Shown: positions 11,101 through 24,398 of the stretch, one piece after another
Layout: every line of letters begins with the position of its first letter
Numbering within the stretch: the stretch's first letter is position 1
Assembly (NCBI GenBank): GCA_015680685.1
Contig: MNCI01000577.1
Location: 21,686 to 85,685 of the forward strand
Direction of reading: 5' to 3'
Length of the DNA: 64,000 nucleotides
Source of the DNA: Gnetum montanum
Lineage: Eukaryota; Plantae; Gnetophyta
Translations under genes and position numbers: made by a program
The notes under the pieces: model-generated
What the model was told of the DNA's origin: nothing
Databases searched by the model: none
The model's input: only the letters and a program-made list of their open reading frames with translations

Positions 11101-12023
11101 NNNNNNNNNNNNNNNNNNNNNNNNNNNNNNNNNNNNNNNNNNNNNNNNNNNNNNNNNNNNNNNNNNNNNNNNNNNNNNNNNNNNNNNNNNNNNNNNNNNN
11201 NNNNNNNNNNNNNNNNAGTTGACGGAGGCGGGAACACTTCAAGACGAGTGGAAGGCGTGGCGTGAGTCTGTATGTAGGGGATGAAATGGGGAATGATGGC
11301 CATTGGTCCGGCCGCTAGAATGTTCACTGTCTGCTGCAACAGAAATGTCCCCACGTTATACTGCAGTTGCATCCCAGAAGGCTGCACGTTTACCTGGTGC
11401 GACCCAGACTGCTGCGCGTTGGCCTGGTGAGGCCCAGACGACTGCGCGTTGGCCTGGGGGAGAACGGGTATGTGCATCTGCATGGTCACGGCTGAGTCTA
11501 TAGAAGCCGTCTCCCCGTTGAAAGGGAACAACGGATTTACGTATGTCTGAGGAGACAGAGTATGGAACGAATGCTCCGACATGGCCGCAAATTCGTCCTC
11601 TGCCTCTGCTTCCTCCTCATGCTCGGGCTCTACCGCAGGCTGTGAGGCCTGGCCTCTGGCCATGATCAGCTGAGAAATTAGCTCGTTTTGGTGCTCGGTC
11701 AAGGGGATTATATCATAAGCCGTTGGCTTGAAATCGTAACCTCCTCGGTGGAGCACCTCAAAGTTGCGTTTTGCCTCAAGCTCGGCTCGGCTGAGAGCCA
11801 ACTTCACCTGGATCTTGACGCAAATAAAGTTGTAGTCCTTAGGGGTTATGACCGTAAATATGGGATCCTTCCCGTGAAGCCTTAATGAACGGCGCAGGGG
11901 TCCCTGAGGACCGGTTGTAACGGTGGCTGGCCCCGTGGCCACCGTTGGGTTCACGGGCGCGACACCCGGGTCGACAGTGACCATGGCGGTTGTGGCTGTC
12001 GTGTTAACGTAGCGAGAGTCCAT
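8103..12023 (-). pseudogene. gag: A1 gag-protease polyprotein (one frame, stops at 9930 and 9219, spans N gap)
   Basis: Retrotransposon gag LPHFTKYNGEGDPNTHL..LTGKALDWY; knuckle CDYHQMCGHDTDYC; aspartic protease RVHVDDGAATNV..NLILGRSWL. ORFs 9930-12023, 9219-9875 and 8103-9143 share a frame. Confidence 0.92.
10622..11216. other. Assembly gap (N run)
   Basis: Run of n. Confidence 0.99.
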
Positions 12024-12245
12024 GGATCAAGGATGAAAAATGATTGGAAATCGAATTTGACAAAGAGAAAAGTTGGCAAACAGCACAAAAGGCTTTCTAC
12101 CCTGCCGGATTTCAAAGAAATTGTCTTTGTAACCGATCAAATACCATACAATTAACCTTAGACCTCCCTAGAGGTATTATGTCTACGGCCTAGGGTATAG
12201 ATCGCTAACAAGGTTACCCGAAATATTCGGATCGGAGCCTGAAGG

Positions 12246-12262
12246 CCCTCCTTCTAGCACCA
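12246..12262 (-). promoter_or_regulatory. A1 primer binding site, tRNA-Asn-like
   Basis: TGGTGCTAGAAGGAGGG 6 nt after the LTR end; near-complementary to the plant tRNA-Asn(GUU) 3' end CCCTCCTTCTAGCGCCA. Confidence 0.85.
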
Positions 12263-12268
12263 GAAAAC

Positions 12269-13771
12269 TGTAACGACGGAAAACGTCGGCAGCTGGAAAT
12301 ACCGACCGAGATTCTGTGTACACAGTTTTTACCACGGATCTACGCGAGGGCTAAGCTGGAAAAACGAATCCATGGTGCCCTGAATGGTCTTGTCGATCAG
12401 ACAGGGACTTACAAGTCAGTAAAACAATGCTGATTGTAGATCGATCGCGAAACGGTGGGACAACGATGTATATGGACCACCACGAAGATAATGCCAAAAC
12501 GCCGAAAGGATGCGAATCGGGAGCAAAAATTGTGCAATTTGCAAAGATCAAAGATCTATGTTTGAATGCCAAATAGAATGCGTGGCTACAATGTTACAGT
12601 GGGAGAAAAGTCCTGACAAATTGAATACAAAGGTGAGCACAAAACAGCAAGAAAACTGCCTAGACAGAAATCTGATCTACCTTTTGGACCAAAGCTTAGG
12701 TGCAGGAATGGTCAAGCAATTCCGTTCTGCTTCCCAGCTTCGGATAGATCTGCTGTTTGGGGCTCGGGAGTGCTGTATTCTATTCCTGTTGAAAGATGGT
12801 GTCTGCTGCCAAGAGGGTGCTGTTGTTTCTCTGTTTCAGGGCAATAAGTGTTCCCTTGTTCAGAAAATGCTCTTGTCCTCTTGGTCTGCTGTCAAAAGTG
12901 ATAAGTGCTCTGGTGCTCTGTTCACTTGTCTTCGTGTCAACTGTTGTTTTTTTTCTTCCCTTTCCCTTTTTTATGTGTCAACCGGGGTATTTATAGTCCG
13001 CGACACGCGCAACCCTGATGATGTGGGCCCGAATGTCGCGGATCCTGTAGACCTGCTCCTTTTAAGTCGAACTACGACTACGCATAGCACGCTCGCTTGC
13101 GTGCGGTGCGTGTGGAGAGCAGGCCCATGATAAACCTGTCTCGGCTGCGTTTACGCTCATTTGCGTTGCATTGCGTGTATGAGTGCAAGCTTGATATAAC
13201 AACCACACACTCAGGCTTGTTTTACGCTGATCATGCGACTGTGCGTGACACAGCATAAATGAGTGCGCACTTGCATTCTGACCTACGCACGAGTACGCAT
13301 CGCTGTGTAAGGTGCGTAAAGATTAGTTAGTCAAGCGCTGCATGAGAACAAGTGCCAACCCGTCATGTCTTTCTGGATTTTCCCCTTAACTGTCATGGAG
13401 CTTATTACGCACATCACGCTGCCGTGCGTGATGGAGCGTAAACTTGTCCTTAGACAAATGTGGGACGTATTCACTGTCTTGGAGCTTATTACGCACATCA
13501 CGCTGCCATGCGTGAGAGAGCGTAAACTTGTCCTTGAACAGATGTGGGACGCGTCCATTGTCGTGAAGCTTATCACGCTCATCACGCTGCCGTGCATGAT
13601 GGAGCGTGAACTTGTCCTTAGACAAATTTAACTGTCTTTGGAGCTTATCACGCTCATCACGCTGCCGTGCGTGATGGAGCGTAAACTTGTCCTTAGACAA
13701 ATTTGAGGCGCGCTTCTGCTCAAGTTACGAATCTTCGCCTGAGGCCGACCCGTAATTTTCACGGTGTTTCA
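12269..13771 (-). repeat. A1 5' LTR (~1.5 kb)
   Basis: TGAAACACC...GTCGTTACA termini; TATAAATA at 12995-12988; both ends match the A2 LTR. Confidence 0.85.
13389..13702. repeat. Four tandem ~74-84 bp units in U3 of the A1 LTR
   Basis: gagcttat(t/c)acgc(a/t)catcacgctgcc..gagcgtaaacttgtcctt repeated four times. Confidence 0.92.
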
Positions 13772-13798
13772 GTAGTGGGGTTACTATGCTAGGTGAAG

Positions 13799-16700
13799 CT
13801 ACTTCTTGACCCGGTGCGGGTTGCATGAGACGTAAGGTCGAGATGCTCTGCCAGGGCTTCGTCCACGTTATTGCCTCCCACCTGGAAGGGCGACCCAGTC
13901 CATGCATTTTCATTTAGGGGATCAACTTGCTGAGCTGACCCCTCTGTTGAGTAGTCAGTGTAGGTTGCAACAAGTGCTTCATTCTCAGAAGTTATGAGTT
14001 CTGAGCCTTCTTCCATGCCTATGTTGTGGATTGCTTGCGTTGCTACTTCATCACCATGGATCACCACTTCTCTACCTACGTAAGACATGTGGATCTCCTG
14101 GTGTATGGGTGAGGAGACAACCTTAAGTTGTGCTAACCATGATCTCCCCAAGATCAGGTTAAACCTAGGCATTTCATCGACCATAATTAACATTGCATCA
14201 GTGGGGAATTGGTCCCCTTCTATGAAGTTCATGTGAACTTTGCCCTTTACCATAACTTGCATCCCATTGAATGACCTTAGGCATGACATCATTATGGGCT
14301 TGATCTAGTCAACCAAGCCTAGCTTGTCTACAATGGGAAGGGGATGACATTCGTGGAGGCCCCGTCATCAATGTGTACCCTTTGGATCTGATGCTGACCA
14401 ACCCAAATTGTGATGAATAGGGGCAACATAGTCACCTGATCCTTTTCAGCACTTTCCCTAATAGAGTCATCTTGCAAGATTAGTTGAGGCTATTCTGACC
14501 CTGTAGGCATGGAGGGAAGCATGACCGAGTAGATCACTTCCTCCTTTGTTGGCATGTCTTCGTTGACTGGAGTCATTATCAACATGCAGATCAGAGCCTC
14601 ATGATGTGGAGTAGATGTCATGATCAGTTCATACAAGCTTAGGATAATGTTTTTTTATTTTCGAGCTTGCTTGACTTGTGTGAGGGTGTCCAAGAGATCT
14701 TGGCTATCTCCTAGTTTGATGCCTTCCTCCTTTTCTATTCGTCCTAGAAGATGAATTTCTCGAGGAGAAGCCACTTTAGATCTGGGCTCAGATCATTGTT
14801 GAAAGAGTGATGTAGGCTACATGGTTGTGGCAACCTTTGTCTTTGGAAAAAATGTATGGAGCGAGGATGTAGGGTTGGGAGTGCCTGGGATGGTACTTCC
14901 CTTAGACGTCTCACCTGTGAAGTGGACATCTCATCTTGCGGGGTGAGAATGTTGCTTAGCTGTTTCGCGTGAGACAAGGGCCGTCGAGGACGTCGATTCC
15001 TTGATGATGAATGGAGCTAAAGGTGTTATTGGATGGGGCGACATGGTCCCACTAGCAGGCGGTGGAAAGGTTGATGTTTGTGAAGGGACTCTCAAGACGA
15101 AAGGCTGTTGCGAGCTTTGATTAGTCACTCGTGGTACTAGTGCACTACACTAAGGCACAAAGACTACGAATGGCCACTGGGGTGGCCTAGGATCACTGTC
15201 GATGCTGATGGAATTGATTACATAATTGACATTGTTGGAATTGAGGGGGTCTATGTAGACATATGTAGATTGGTTTTCGGGGTGTACTGGGTTTCTTTCA
15301 TCTAGCACCAATTTCCACTAGTCGATTAATCTTTGGATGTCATCCTGCAACGCCAGACAGTAATCCATGTTGTGACCACACTATTGGTGGTAATCACAAA
15401 ACCTATCTAGCCTAAAGTCATTAGGAATGGGAGGCTCATTGGACAAGGCCAATGAGGGGTTCCTAAGGAGCTCATAGTAGTGTTGATGTTTCGTGGTTGC
15501 TTCTTCCGACATCTATTTGTGTTGGATGTATCCCACTAATAGCAGTTGCTTCAGAACTTCTGAAGGCTTAAGAGGCAGTGGGGTGTACTTTGAGTGGTCT
15601 TTTTGCTCAAAGTTAGGCTTGGGTTATGCAGACATCTCAAGTGTATGTGTAGTTGGTTGTGGCATGTGGCCCGGTTTGGGTGCAGGTTTAGCTATGGGTG
15701 TGGCTGGTTTCTTGCTGTTCTTGCTACCATTCTTGCTAGGTTTGGGCTTGGCCTTGGCTGCCATAGTGACCAATGTGGTTGTTGGGGCTTTACTCTTTTC
15801 CTTCTTTGTGAAGGTGTTCTTGTAAGCAATGTAGGCTGGCTCTTTGCTCACCTCGGCTGTGTCTTGTATGCTCTTAGTCTGAGTAAAAGCCTGACTAAGG
15901 GAGTGAGGAGCAAGGTAGTATAGTTTGGACTTGATGAAGTCATTCATTGTGCCCTTAAAGATAGCCATCAGGTGGGTCTTCATGATGGATTTGCAGATCT
16001 CCTCAAGGGTTGCACTCCAACGTTAGATGAACTTTTGGACTGGCTCTAGGAGGTCTTGCTTCACACTCATCAATTGGTCTAGAGTGGTTTCTGGCTTTAG
16101 GTTGTACTTGAAGCACATCATGAACTAGGTCAACAGCTCTTCCAAGGTTGAAATGGATGAGCATGGCAATGCACGGTACCAATCCAAGGCTTTCCTAGCT
16201 AGGGACATGGCAAAGATGCAAATGATCATGTGTGGCCATTACTGTAGTAGCAGAGACTTAGACCTAAAGGTGACAAGATGTGCATTGGGATCTCCCTCCC
16301 GATCGTACTTTGTGAAGTGCATAATAGGCATCCCTAGGGGTAGCGTCAAAGCAGGGATTGTAGGGCTGATGGGGTCATCCTGGTAGAAGTTCATGACTTG
16401 TACCGTGTCAGAACCAATAGCTTTGAGGTATTTTATTTCCTCAGTAAGGGTATGGATAAGCTAAAACACTTGGTCTAGACCCAGTGACGCTGTAGATGGT
16501 TGGGGCACTGCGAAGGCCGCAGTCGCACATGGTATGGCAGCAGTGGCGGTGTGACCCATTGACAGTACTGTTGGGACAACCCCAACAAGTGGTGCTGCCT
16601 ATGTTGTCCACCACCCAGCAGGTGGTGCTATTAAGGTGGCAGCCTTGGGTTGGGCTACCAGATAAACTGCTTGTGTCATTGGCAGTGTAGACCATAACCC

Positions 16701-17621
16701 CGTGGTAGGCTGTGCCGACTATGAGGCTTGGTGTATTTGAAACTGCACGTAGTGAGACATCTGCGACGGTTGTGGGGTAGGTAGAGAAGTGAATGAGGCC
16801 CATCATGTGGATGGGTTGGGACCTGCCATAGTGAGTGGAACAAACGTGAATGTAGGAATAGAGGTGGAAGTCACGTATGTTTGTGAAGTAGGTACAATAT
16901 GAAAATGTGGTAGGGTAGCCATGATTGGTGTGTTATGTGCCACAGGAATAGACTACTAAACAACCTGCAAAGGGAGAGTAGTTGCAAATGGAATAGGTGA
17001 AACATGCAAGAACGGGCGTTGCAATGCCGTAGGATTGGCATGGCTACCGATAGTAGCTATAATCGCGGGTTGTAGAAGTGTAAGCGTAATTGCAAAGGGA
17101 GCGTTAATAGACGATGGCTTGGCCTAGAAGGACTGGGTAGAAGGGATAGGAGCGGGGTCTATTGGACCTCCCTCGTTCAATTCGAAATCAAGTTCCTCCT
17201 ATCCTTTTTGGAAAGTGTCATCTTGGTTGGATGTTGTGTCTTGTTGGTCCCTAAGCCTAACCAACTAGATTAGTTGGTCTAGAAGCCCTTGGTACATTTG
17301 TGTTAAAGGTAAAGAAATGTCGGGAGTAGGAACAAACTCCTTCCCATTGCAATAAGCGAACCCAAAGCTAGGTTTTTCCTTGAGTTCGTGCATGTCCAAG
17401 GGTATACTAGCCTGCACCTTTGCACAGAGGAAACTGTAACACTCATGTTGTTGGGCCAATCCCTCAGGTCCTTGATTTTGGATTCTAAGAGATTAATGCA
17501 TTTCTAGCATCAGGTTTAATGGTTGTTCGGCACCAATAGTGCCTTGAGCTATGATGTGAACTTCAACATTGAAGGGAACTTCCACATTGAAGGCATTGGT
17601 AGCAGTAGTTGAAAAAGCCAT
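13799..17621 (-). pseudogene. gag: A2 gag-protease, decayed
   Basis: NDFIKSKLYYL..EPAYIAYKNT and FPTDAMLIMVDEMPRFNLILGRSWL; many stops and frameshifts. Confidence 0.88.
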
Positions 17622-17699
17622 TGCCAGGTGAGTATTTTTGCAAAAGGGTGCAAAAGAGTGCAAAAATAACAAAAAGATTGAAAAATAACTAAAATAAGG

Positions 17700-18135
17700 C
17701 TTTATGTCTTGCTGGATTCCAGAGGAACTGTCGAGGCGACCGATCTGCATCACACAAAGCACAAACAATGGCAAAAGGATGTCACATTTATGCCAGTGTG
17801 CGATGAGGTCTAGAGCGCATGCAAGACTATTGTAAGATAAGTTTAGCTAACTGGCAAAGAAACTATCGAAGCAACCGATCTGTACCATCCAAGATGGGTA
17901 TAGAAAGCATGAAAGACTGTGAGGTGGGCAAGTTAACTAGCAAACAAGTAGGCTTTATGTCTCATGGGGCTCTGGAGGAACCATCGAAGTCACCGACCTG
18001 TACCATGCACAATGGGATACATAACACATGCAAGACTATCATAAAATAGGCTAGTTAACTGGAAATTGGAGGCCTTGTGTTCTATAGGGCTCCTGAGGAA
18101 CCGTCGAAGCGACCGATCTGCATTGCACAAATTGC
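17700..18135. repeat. Four diverged ~115-140 bp repeats in the A2 5' UTR
   Basis: Core gaggaaccgtcgaagcgaccgatctgca near 17722, 17860, 17975 and 18096. Confidence 0.75.
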
Positions 18136-18231
18136 AAACAACTGTGAAAGGGTATCACATTTATGCTTATGCATATCAGGGTGTAGAAGGCTCACAAAAC
18201 TACCATGATACATGGAAAAGGCACCAAAAGG

Positions 18232-18248
18232 CCCTCCTTTGAGCACCA
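18232..18248 (-). promoter_or_regulatory. A2 primer binding site (tRNA-Asn-like)
   Basis: TGGTGCTCAAAGGAGGG after GTCGTTACA-GTTTTC. Confidence 0.8.
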
Positions 18249-18254
18249 GAAAAC

Positions 18255-19846
18255 TGTAACGACCAAAAACGTTGGCAGCTAGAAAACATTGAGGGGTCAG
18301 TGGGCATGATAATTTTGTTCTCGTACCTATGAGAGGGCCGTGCTAGGTGTGTGTGTAGATATGGGGCACCCTGAATGGTCTTGTTGATGAGACAGGGACT
18401 TAATTGACATCTATATAGCCTTTTGCAACATATAATTTGAAAATGGGACAAAATGCAAAGTAATGCTTGAAATTTAAATAGAGAAGAAAATAGATGCAAC
18501 GCACAACTGTAAGAAGAAAACAAAGTAGAATACAGTTAAAAAATGCACCGTTTTGAAGCTACAAGTTCACTCTATCAAGGTGGAAATAGTTGGTTGCACA
18601 GTGTGACGGAGTGCTGAGATCCTGAGAGTAGCCAAGACGTGTAGAGCAAAGCAGGTTCTGCGCCTAGGCATAGACATAGGTGATAACAATGCATGGATTC
18701 TACCAAGGTGGCAAAAGGGGATAGAACAAAATGTCAACTGAGAATGCCAACTGTTTGCAATGTCAAATAGAAGGCTTACATAATGCTCGATGTTATAGCA
18801 TGCCAGGAGGAGAGCTCGAGTGCCAGAGAGAGGAACAGTCAGGATCTTGGAAAGAATTCGAACCCAATGAGAACTCCCACCTAAAAAGAATCTGGACCTT
18901 TTGAATGTTGCTCATTGGGGTATTTATAGGACCAAAGGCATGTGAAAGGGGTAGTTTGGAAACCATGTGCCCTAGAATTTCATTAATTTTCTTGTGCTAT
19001 ATGTGCCATTATGACCATTGGACGTGCATGACTATTATGACTATGAGTCTACAATGCTACAACTATGAGCCTGCCATGCCGTAATTGCACCGTCAGCATC
19101 TGGAGACGTGTGTCAATGATCCAATTAGATGAAGCGCATTGATGTTGCACAACCACCCACATGCTTTGTTGGTTGTCATAGCGTAGCACGTTGTCCTACG
19201 TTTCACTGCACATAAGCTACATGCTTGCTATGCTATGCTACGCTATGTAGCGTAGTGTTGGGCCTTAGTTGTGAAAACTTGGTCAATCTACAAACCTTGC
19301 TTCCTACACTGCAAAACTTGCAACCTTGATAGCCTTTCCCTTTGAGCTACCTTCTATCTCTTTCGCAGGATTGTTACACCTCAGTTCACCATGTAGCTTA
19401 GCGTAGCATGGCAGCAGACATGGTCCACTGCCTCCTAATGGAAAGGGACATTGTTTAAGGACTTGAAAGTGGGCAATGAAACTCGCAAGATAGTTGCTGC
19501 TATGCTATGCTACGCTATGTAGTGTATCATAGGATGGCACTTTCCTCTACAAATGTTTTCTGAAGCTTGCTATCCTACATAGCGGGATGTAGTGTAGCAT
19601 AGTAGACTTCATGACTTAGAAAACTTGCCAAACTATTTTGTGCATCCAGAATGCTACTGCAAACTCCGTGAATCATTTCTAAGCAAGTTGTTGGCTAGGC
19701 AGGCTACTTGGGTCAGCAAGTAGAAAATTTGCCGAACTGGCTGTCCTGAACTCAGAGCGTTCTCCTCCCGAAGAATTGCCATAACACTGCACAAACTTCC
19801 ATGCCTAGAGAAGTGAGAATAACCTCACTTTTTTTGGGGTGTTTCA
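18255..19846 (-). repeat. A2 5' LTR (~1.6 kb)
   Basis: TGAAACACCCC...GTCGTTACA termini; TATAAATA at 18928-18921. Confidence 0.8.
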
Positions 19847-20109
19847 TCTATTGTGTTACATTTCCTATCTACTGCATTACACTACCTATGCATGTGTGGG
19901 GTAGTGGCCTTGTTTATGTATCGATTTCTCTTAGTGTAGCAAGAGTAACAATGAAGAAAAATAGCTTTTAAACATTTTTAGATGCCCCCAGTTTTAGTAT
20001 ATTTTCTCTATGGATTTAGACCATAACTATTTAACGCAAAATCTACTATTTTTAACTATTTCTTACACATATCTTTCCCTTTTTCTTGCATCTTTTTCAT
20101 ATCGAAAAA

Positions 20110-23100
20110 ATGAATCTTGCTACCACTTTGGTTCCTACCATGATTTTGGAGGTGTCTCACTTTGTTGCACACATGGCAAATCTTGAGCAACCTCCTAGCC
20201 TAATTTGGGTACCGTAGTAGTGTCTTAGACTGCAGCATCAATCACCTGAACGTCTACCTCAAGATGAAGAGAGATATAACTTTCTATGTGCAAAAATCCA
20301 AGCAAATCTACCATTGGACCGTCCTGAATTTGAGGAAAAATGTAACTTTGAGATCATTCATCAGAATGAAAGGGATTTCTTTCCTACGTCTGATACCATT
20401 ATCCTACTCATCAACACATGCCAATGGCTTTTAAACCAACTTGTGCAATTAAGTAGGTGAAGAGAATGGGACACAGTGTCTCACTACAATGAACCTTTTC
20501 ATGATGGCCAAGAGGAGTTGGACTCCCATTCTAAAGGTGGTGGTCCAATCTATGCTATGATTGTCCCTTCCACCTATGTTTTTCATTCATACCTATCACA
20601 ATTTTCTACCTCTTTTGCTACTACCATGATACTATTTCAACCTAGACCCTCTTTGGTGATGGATAATCATCAAATGTTGTCAACATATCAACATGCAAGC
20701 CCTTCAACCTCATTTCTTGTTAATCATCCTTCCTAGTCTGTCCAAGCCCCGCACCCAACATTTGTGATGCCCACACTGCCATATGTGCATACCATGCGCA
20801 CATTACAACTACATGTAAGTATTTTTTCTATCCCCTTCTCTATATCCATTCCACCATTAGTAGCAGGCCCAACGTCAATTGCAGGGTGGATAGCAATGAC
20901 CTCTTTTCGTGCAGCTCAAATGTCTCACATGCCACAATACGCACAAGCCAAAACATTCCAAGTTTCACATGTAAAAAAATTAAACATGGGGCTGTGGCTT
21001 GCCCTAACTATGGGGCAAATAACCATACCCATAGCACCACTGATGCCAACTACTCTGGTGGCACCACCCACTGGGTTGTGGGTTGCTCAAACAACATCAC
21101 TAGCAGGAGCTGTTCCAACAGCATCCCCAATGGGACTGGCAGCTGCATCAATAGTCACACTAGTGATGGCTACTCTAGTAGCTTCACAACCTTCTATAAC
21201 ATCTCTGGGCCTAGACCAAGCCTTTCAGCTCATCCAAACCCTCATCAAAGAAATTAAACAGCTCAAAGTTGTCGATTTTGAAATTGTTCAAGTCATGGAC
21301 TTCTACCAAGATGACCTGATCAGTCCAGTTGTTCCAGTGCTAACATTGCCCCCTGGGGTACAACTTCCCTAGTTTACAAAATATAATGGGAAGAAAATAC
21401 GAATGCCCACCTGGTCATTTTCAAGTTTGAATCCTTGTTACTATAACCGTGGCCCCATACCATCATTCGTGTTTTCATCATGTCCTTGATAGGCAAGGCC
21501 TTAGACTAGTACCACATGCTTCCTTGTGCTTCTATCTCAACATTAGAATAATTTCTAAGCCAATGAGTGACTCATTTTAAGTATAACTTAAAGTTGTAAG
21601 TCACTTTAGATCAGCACATGAACATTAAACAAGAACCATTAGAATCCATACAAAAATTCATACAACGTTAGAGTGCTACCCTAAATGAAATACGCAAACC
21701 AATTGCTGAGGCCCATTTCCTAACTATTTTCAAAGGAGCAATAAAAAATTTTATCAAATCCAAACTATATTATTTGGCTCCACGTTCCCTTAGCCAATCA
21801 TTTGCTCAAACTAAAAGAATTCAAGATGCAACGGAAGCTAGTAGAGATCCAGGCTACATAGCCTATAAAAACACACATACAAAAAAAGACAAGGAGAAAG
21901 AAAAGGCCACAACAACCACAGTGGCCGCTGTGGCTAATGAGACCAATTCCAACAATAGTAAAATGACTGTCACAACACCTAAAGCCTCCAGTAACACAAC
22001 ACTTGGCCCCAGTAGCACTAGTTAGCCCCTGACATCAACATCCATAGCACAAACTCCACCAAGGACAAATTTTGAGCACAAAGATTGCTCAAAATATACC
22101 CTATTACCAATTAAGCCTTTGGAGCTTCTAAGTTAATTGTTGGGAGCCAAGTGTATCCAACATAAATGGATGTTAGAGGAGGCCCTTAAGCATCACCAAA
22201 GGTACTGTGAAGTCCTTCGAGACCCCTCCTTGGCTATGCCTAACGAACCACAAGTACCCAAGAACTTTAGGCTAGAGCATTTTTGTGATTATCATTAATT
22301 GTGTGGGCATGAAACAGATTATTTCCTAGCATTGAAAGATGATATCTAGAGAATGAATGATCAAGGTAAGTTAATCCTAGATGAGAGCACTCCTGTCTGA
22401 CTTGAAAACCAATCGATGAATGTTTACAAAGATCCTTTGAACACTAACAATGCAGGTTACACTATCAATGCCATTGGCATTGATGATAATGCAGTCTCAC
22501 AACATGAACCATTCATGGTTCATGTACCCCCCCCCTTCTCAATGCTAAAGCTTCAACAACAATGAATTCTCAAACCCCCCTTGTCGTTAGGGCCTCTCCA
22601 CAGACATCTGTTGCACCTTTTGTACTTAAAACCACATTGCATCCCACAACAAATCAGGCACCATTTGTTATTACGGTGCCAAAGCATGCAAGTTCCCCTA
22701 CTACCCAAATTTAATTAATGAGCACTACGTCTCAGCCTCCTCATCTAAGGAAACATGAAGAACATCTAGCAAATAAGTTGGTTAGAGAACACACTACATT
22801 GGCCCCCCCTAAGCCCACCCCCTTGTCTGCAATTCCCATTACCTCTTCATCATCAGCCATTGGTGGCAACACACACATGCAACCATCATCCTATGATTCA
22901 AAAAGCTTATTATCCAAACAAAATCCACTCCCCCTTAGGATATTCCTCTTCTAGGGCACACAGAAGAAGAAAAACTTAGCAAACAATCAAATAGTCGACA
23001 AGACTTCCTAAATGCACTTTCACAGGTTAAACAGGCCTTGAAACAAAAGAACAGAACATTAAGCTTGTACAACTTAATAATGACCTCTATAACACATTGT

Positions 23101-23916
23101 GAGGCTTTGGTTCACATGTTAGCATCTATTTCTATTAGTGAAAACATGCCAGCTAAAGAGAAATCTATCCATGACATTATGCTTCCCTCTGTGGTTGAAG
23201 AACCGCAACCAGCCCATTTAACATTTCATGACAAAGTAATCAAAGATGACCCTGAAAAGGGTCAAGTGACTACCGCCCCCATGTTTATCATAATTCAGGT
23301 AGGTCAATATAAGATTTGTAGAGTACACGTTGATTACAGGGCTTCCACCTATGTGATACCATTCCCCATAGTGGACAAGTTGGACTTGGTGGATCAAATC
23401 AAGCCCAAAACTAGCTCATGTCCAAAGTCATTCAATGGGGTACATTTTGTGGTCAAGGGGACTGTTACCATCAAATTTGTAGCAGGGGACCAGTTTCCCA
23501 CTAGTGTAGTTTTTATTATGGTAGAAGAGATGTCTGGGTTTAACCTAATCTTGGGAAGATTATGGTTAGCCCAACTAAGAGCTATCTCCTCACCCATACA
23601 TTAAGAGATCTACTTATCCTACGTGGGTGGAGAGGTGGTGATCTTTGGTGATGAAGTAGCTCCCTAAGCCATAAAAAATATAAACATGGAGAAAGGATCA
23701 GAGATAGAAATCTCTGAAAATGAATCACCCATTCATGCTAAAATTCCATGTTTGACAAATGAGCCATCCAAAACTGTTAACTTAAACGAAGAAACCATGT
23801 GGGCCAAATTGCCCTTCCAAATGGTAGATGATAGCATAGAGGAATACCACCACAAGGCTTCCTGACCATATTCCTTGCCTAACCCATGTCGAATTAGGAA
23901 AAAATTGCATGATTAA
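20110..23916 (+). pseudogene. gag: A3 gag-protease, decayed
   Basis: LPPGVQLP, DPGYIAYKNT, RVHVDYRASTYV, FNLILGRLWL. Confidence 0.88.
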
Positions 23917-24029
23917 ATTTTACCTCCACTTTACTTCAATAAATTTTATACTTCTATTCACATGATTTCCATTTTGCATTAAGTTTGACATTTGGATTGT
24001 CTCTACCACTGGCATTAGTTAAAGTGATT

Positions 24030-24262
24030 ATAGCCCAAAATGGTCTTAAACTACTGCCATGGCCCACTAAGGCCTAAAAATGGCAACACCACTTTTGAAA
24101 ACCACCTTACACATGATCCAGAATGGCCTTAAACTACCGCCATGTCCCGCTAAGGCCTAAAACTGGCAATCCCACTTTCGAAGATTACTTTACATATGGC
24201 CTGAAATGGCCTAAAACTAGCAATGGCCTGAAATGCTCTTAAACTAGAGCATGGAGGCCCAA
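24030..24262. repeat. A3 motif array homologous to 7447-7820
   Basis: Repeated ggcc(t)taaaact(a/g)g / ggccttaaactac units in the same element-relative position and orientation. Confidence 0.7.
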
Positions 24263-24398
24263 AGGAGGCTCTAGTACACCAACAAACACATTAATAAAAA
24301 GGAGTAAAACAAGTGTTTTACTATTCATTAAATATAAATCCATACTCAGAATACATAACAACAAGCATTTCATTTCAAAGAAAAAATTTACTAATGGG

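Larger units (their letters stand above)
1..13771 (-). mobile_element. Ty3/Gypsy Tat-clade LTR retrotransposon, copy A1 (youngest; 3' end runs off the left edge)
   Basis: Minus-strand order: LTR, PBS, gag, protease, [antisense gene], RT, RNaseH, aRH, integrase. The additional RNase H and Cx2Hx4Hx4C knuckle are typical of Tat. Confidence 0.93.
13772..19846 (-). mobile_element. Tat-clade element A2, 5' part (LTR, PBS, gag-protease), interrupted by A1
   Basis: Homologous gag, protease, PBS and LTR ends; A1 LTR begins ~30 bp after the A2 protease stop. Confidence 0.88.

Noticed and set aside
10472-11284. Long ORFs of 230-328 aa here and at 37486-38472
   Set aside because: Artefacts of translation through N gaps
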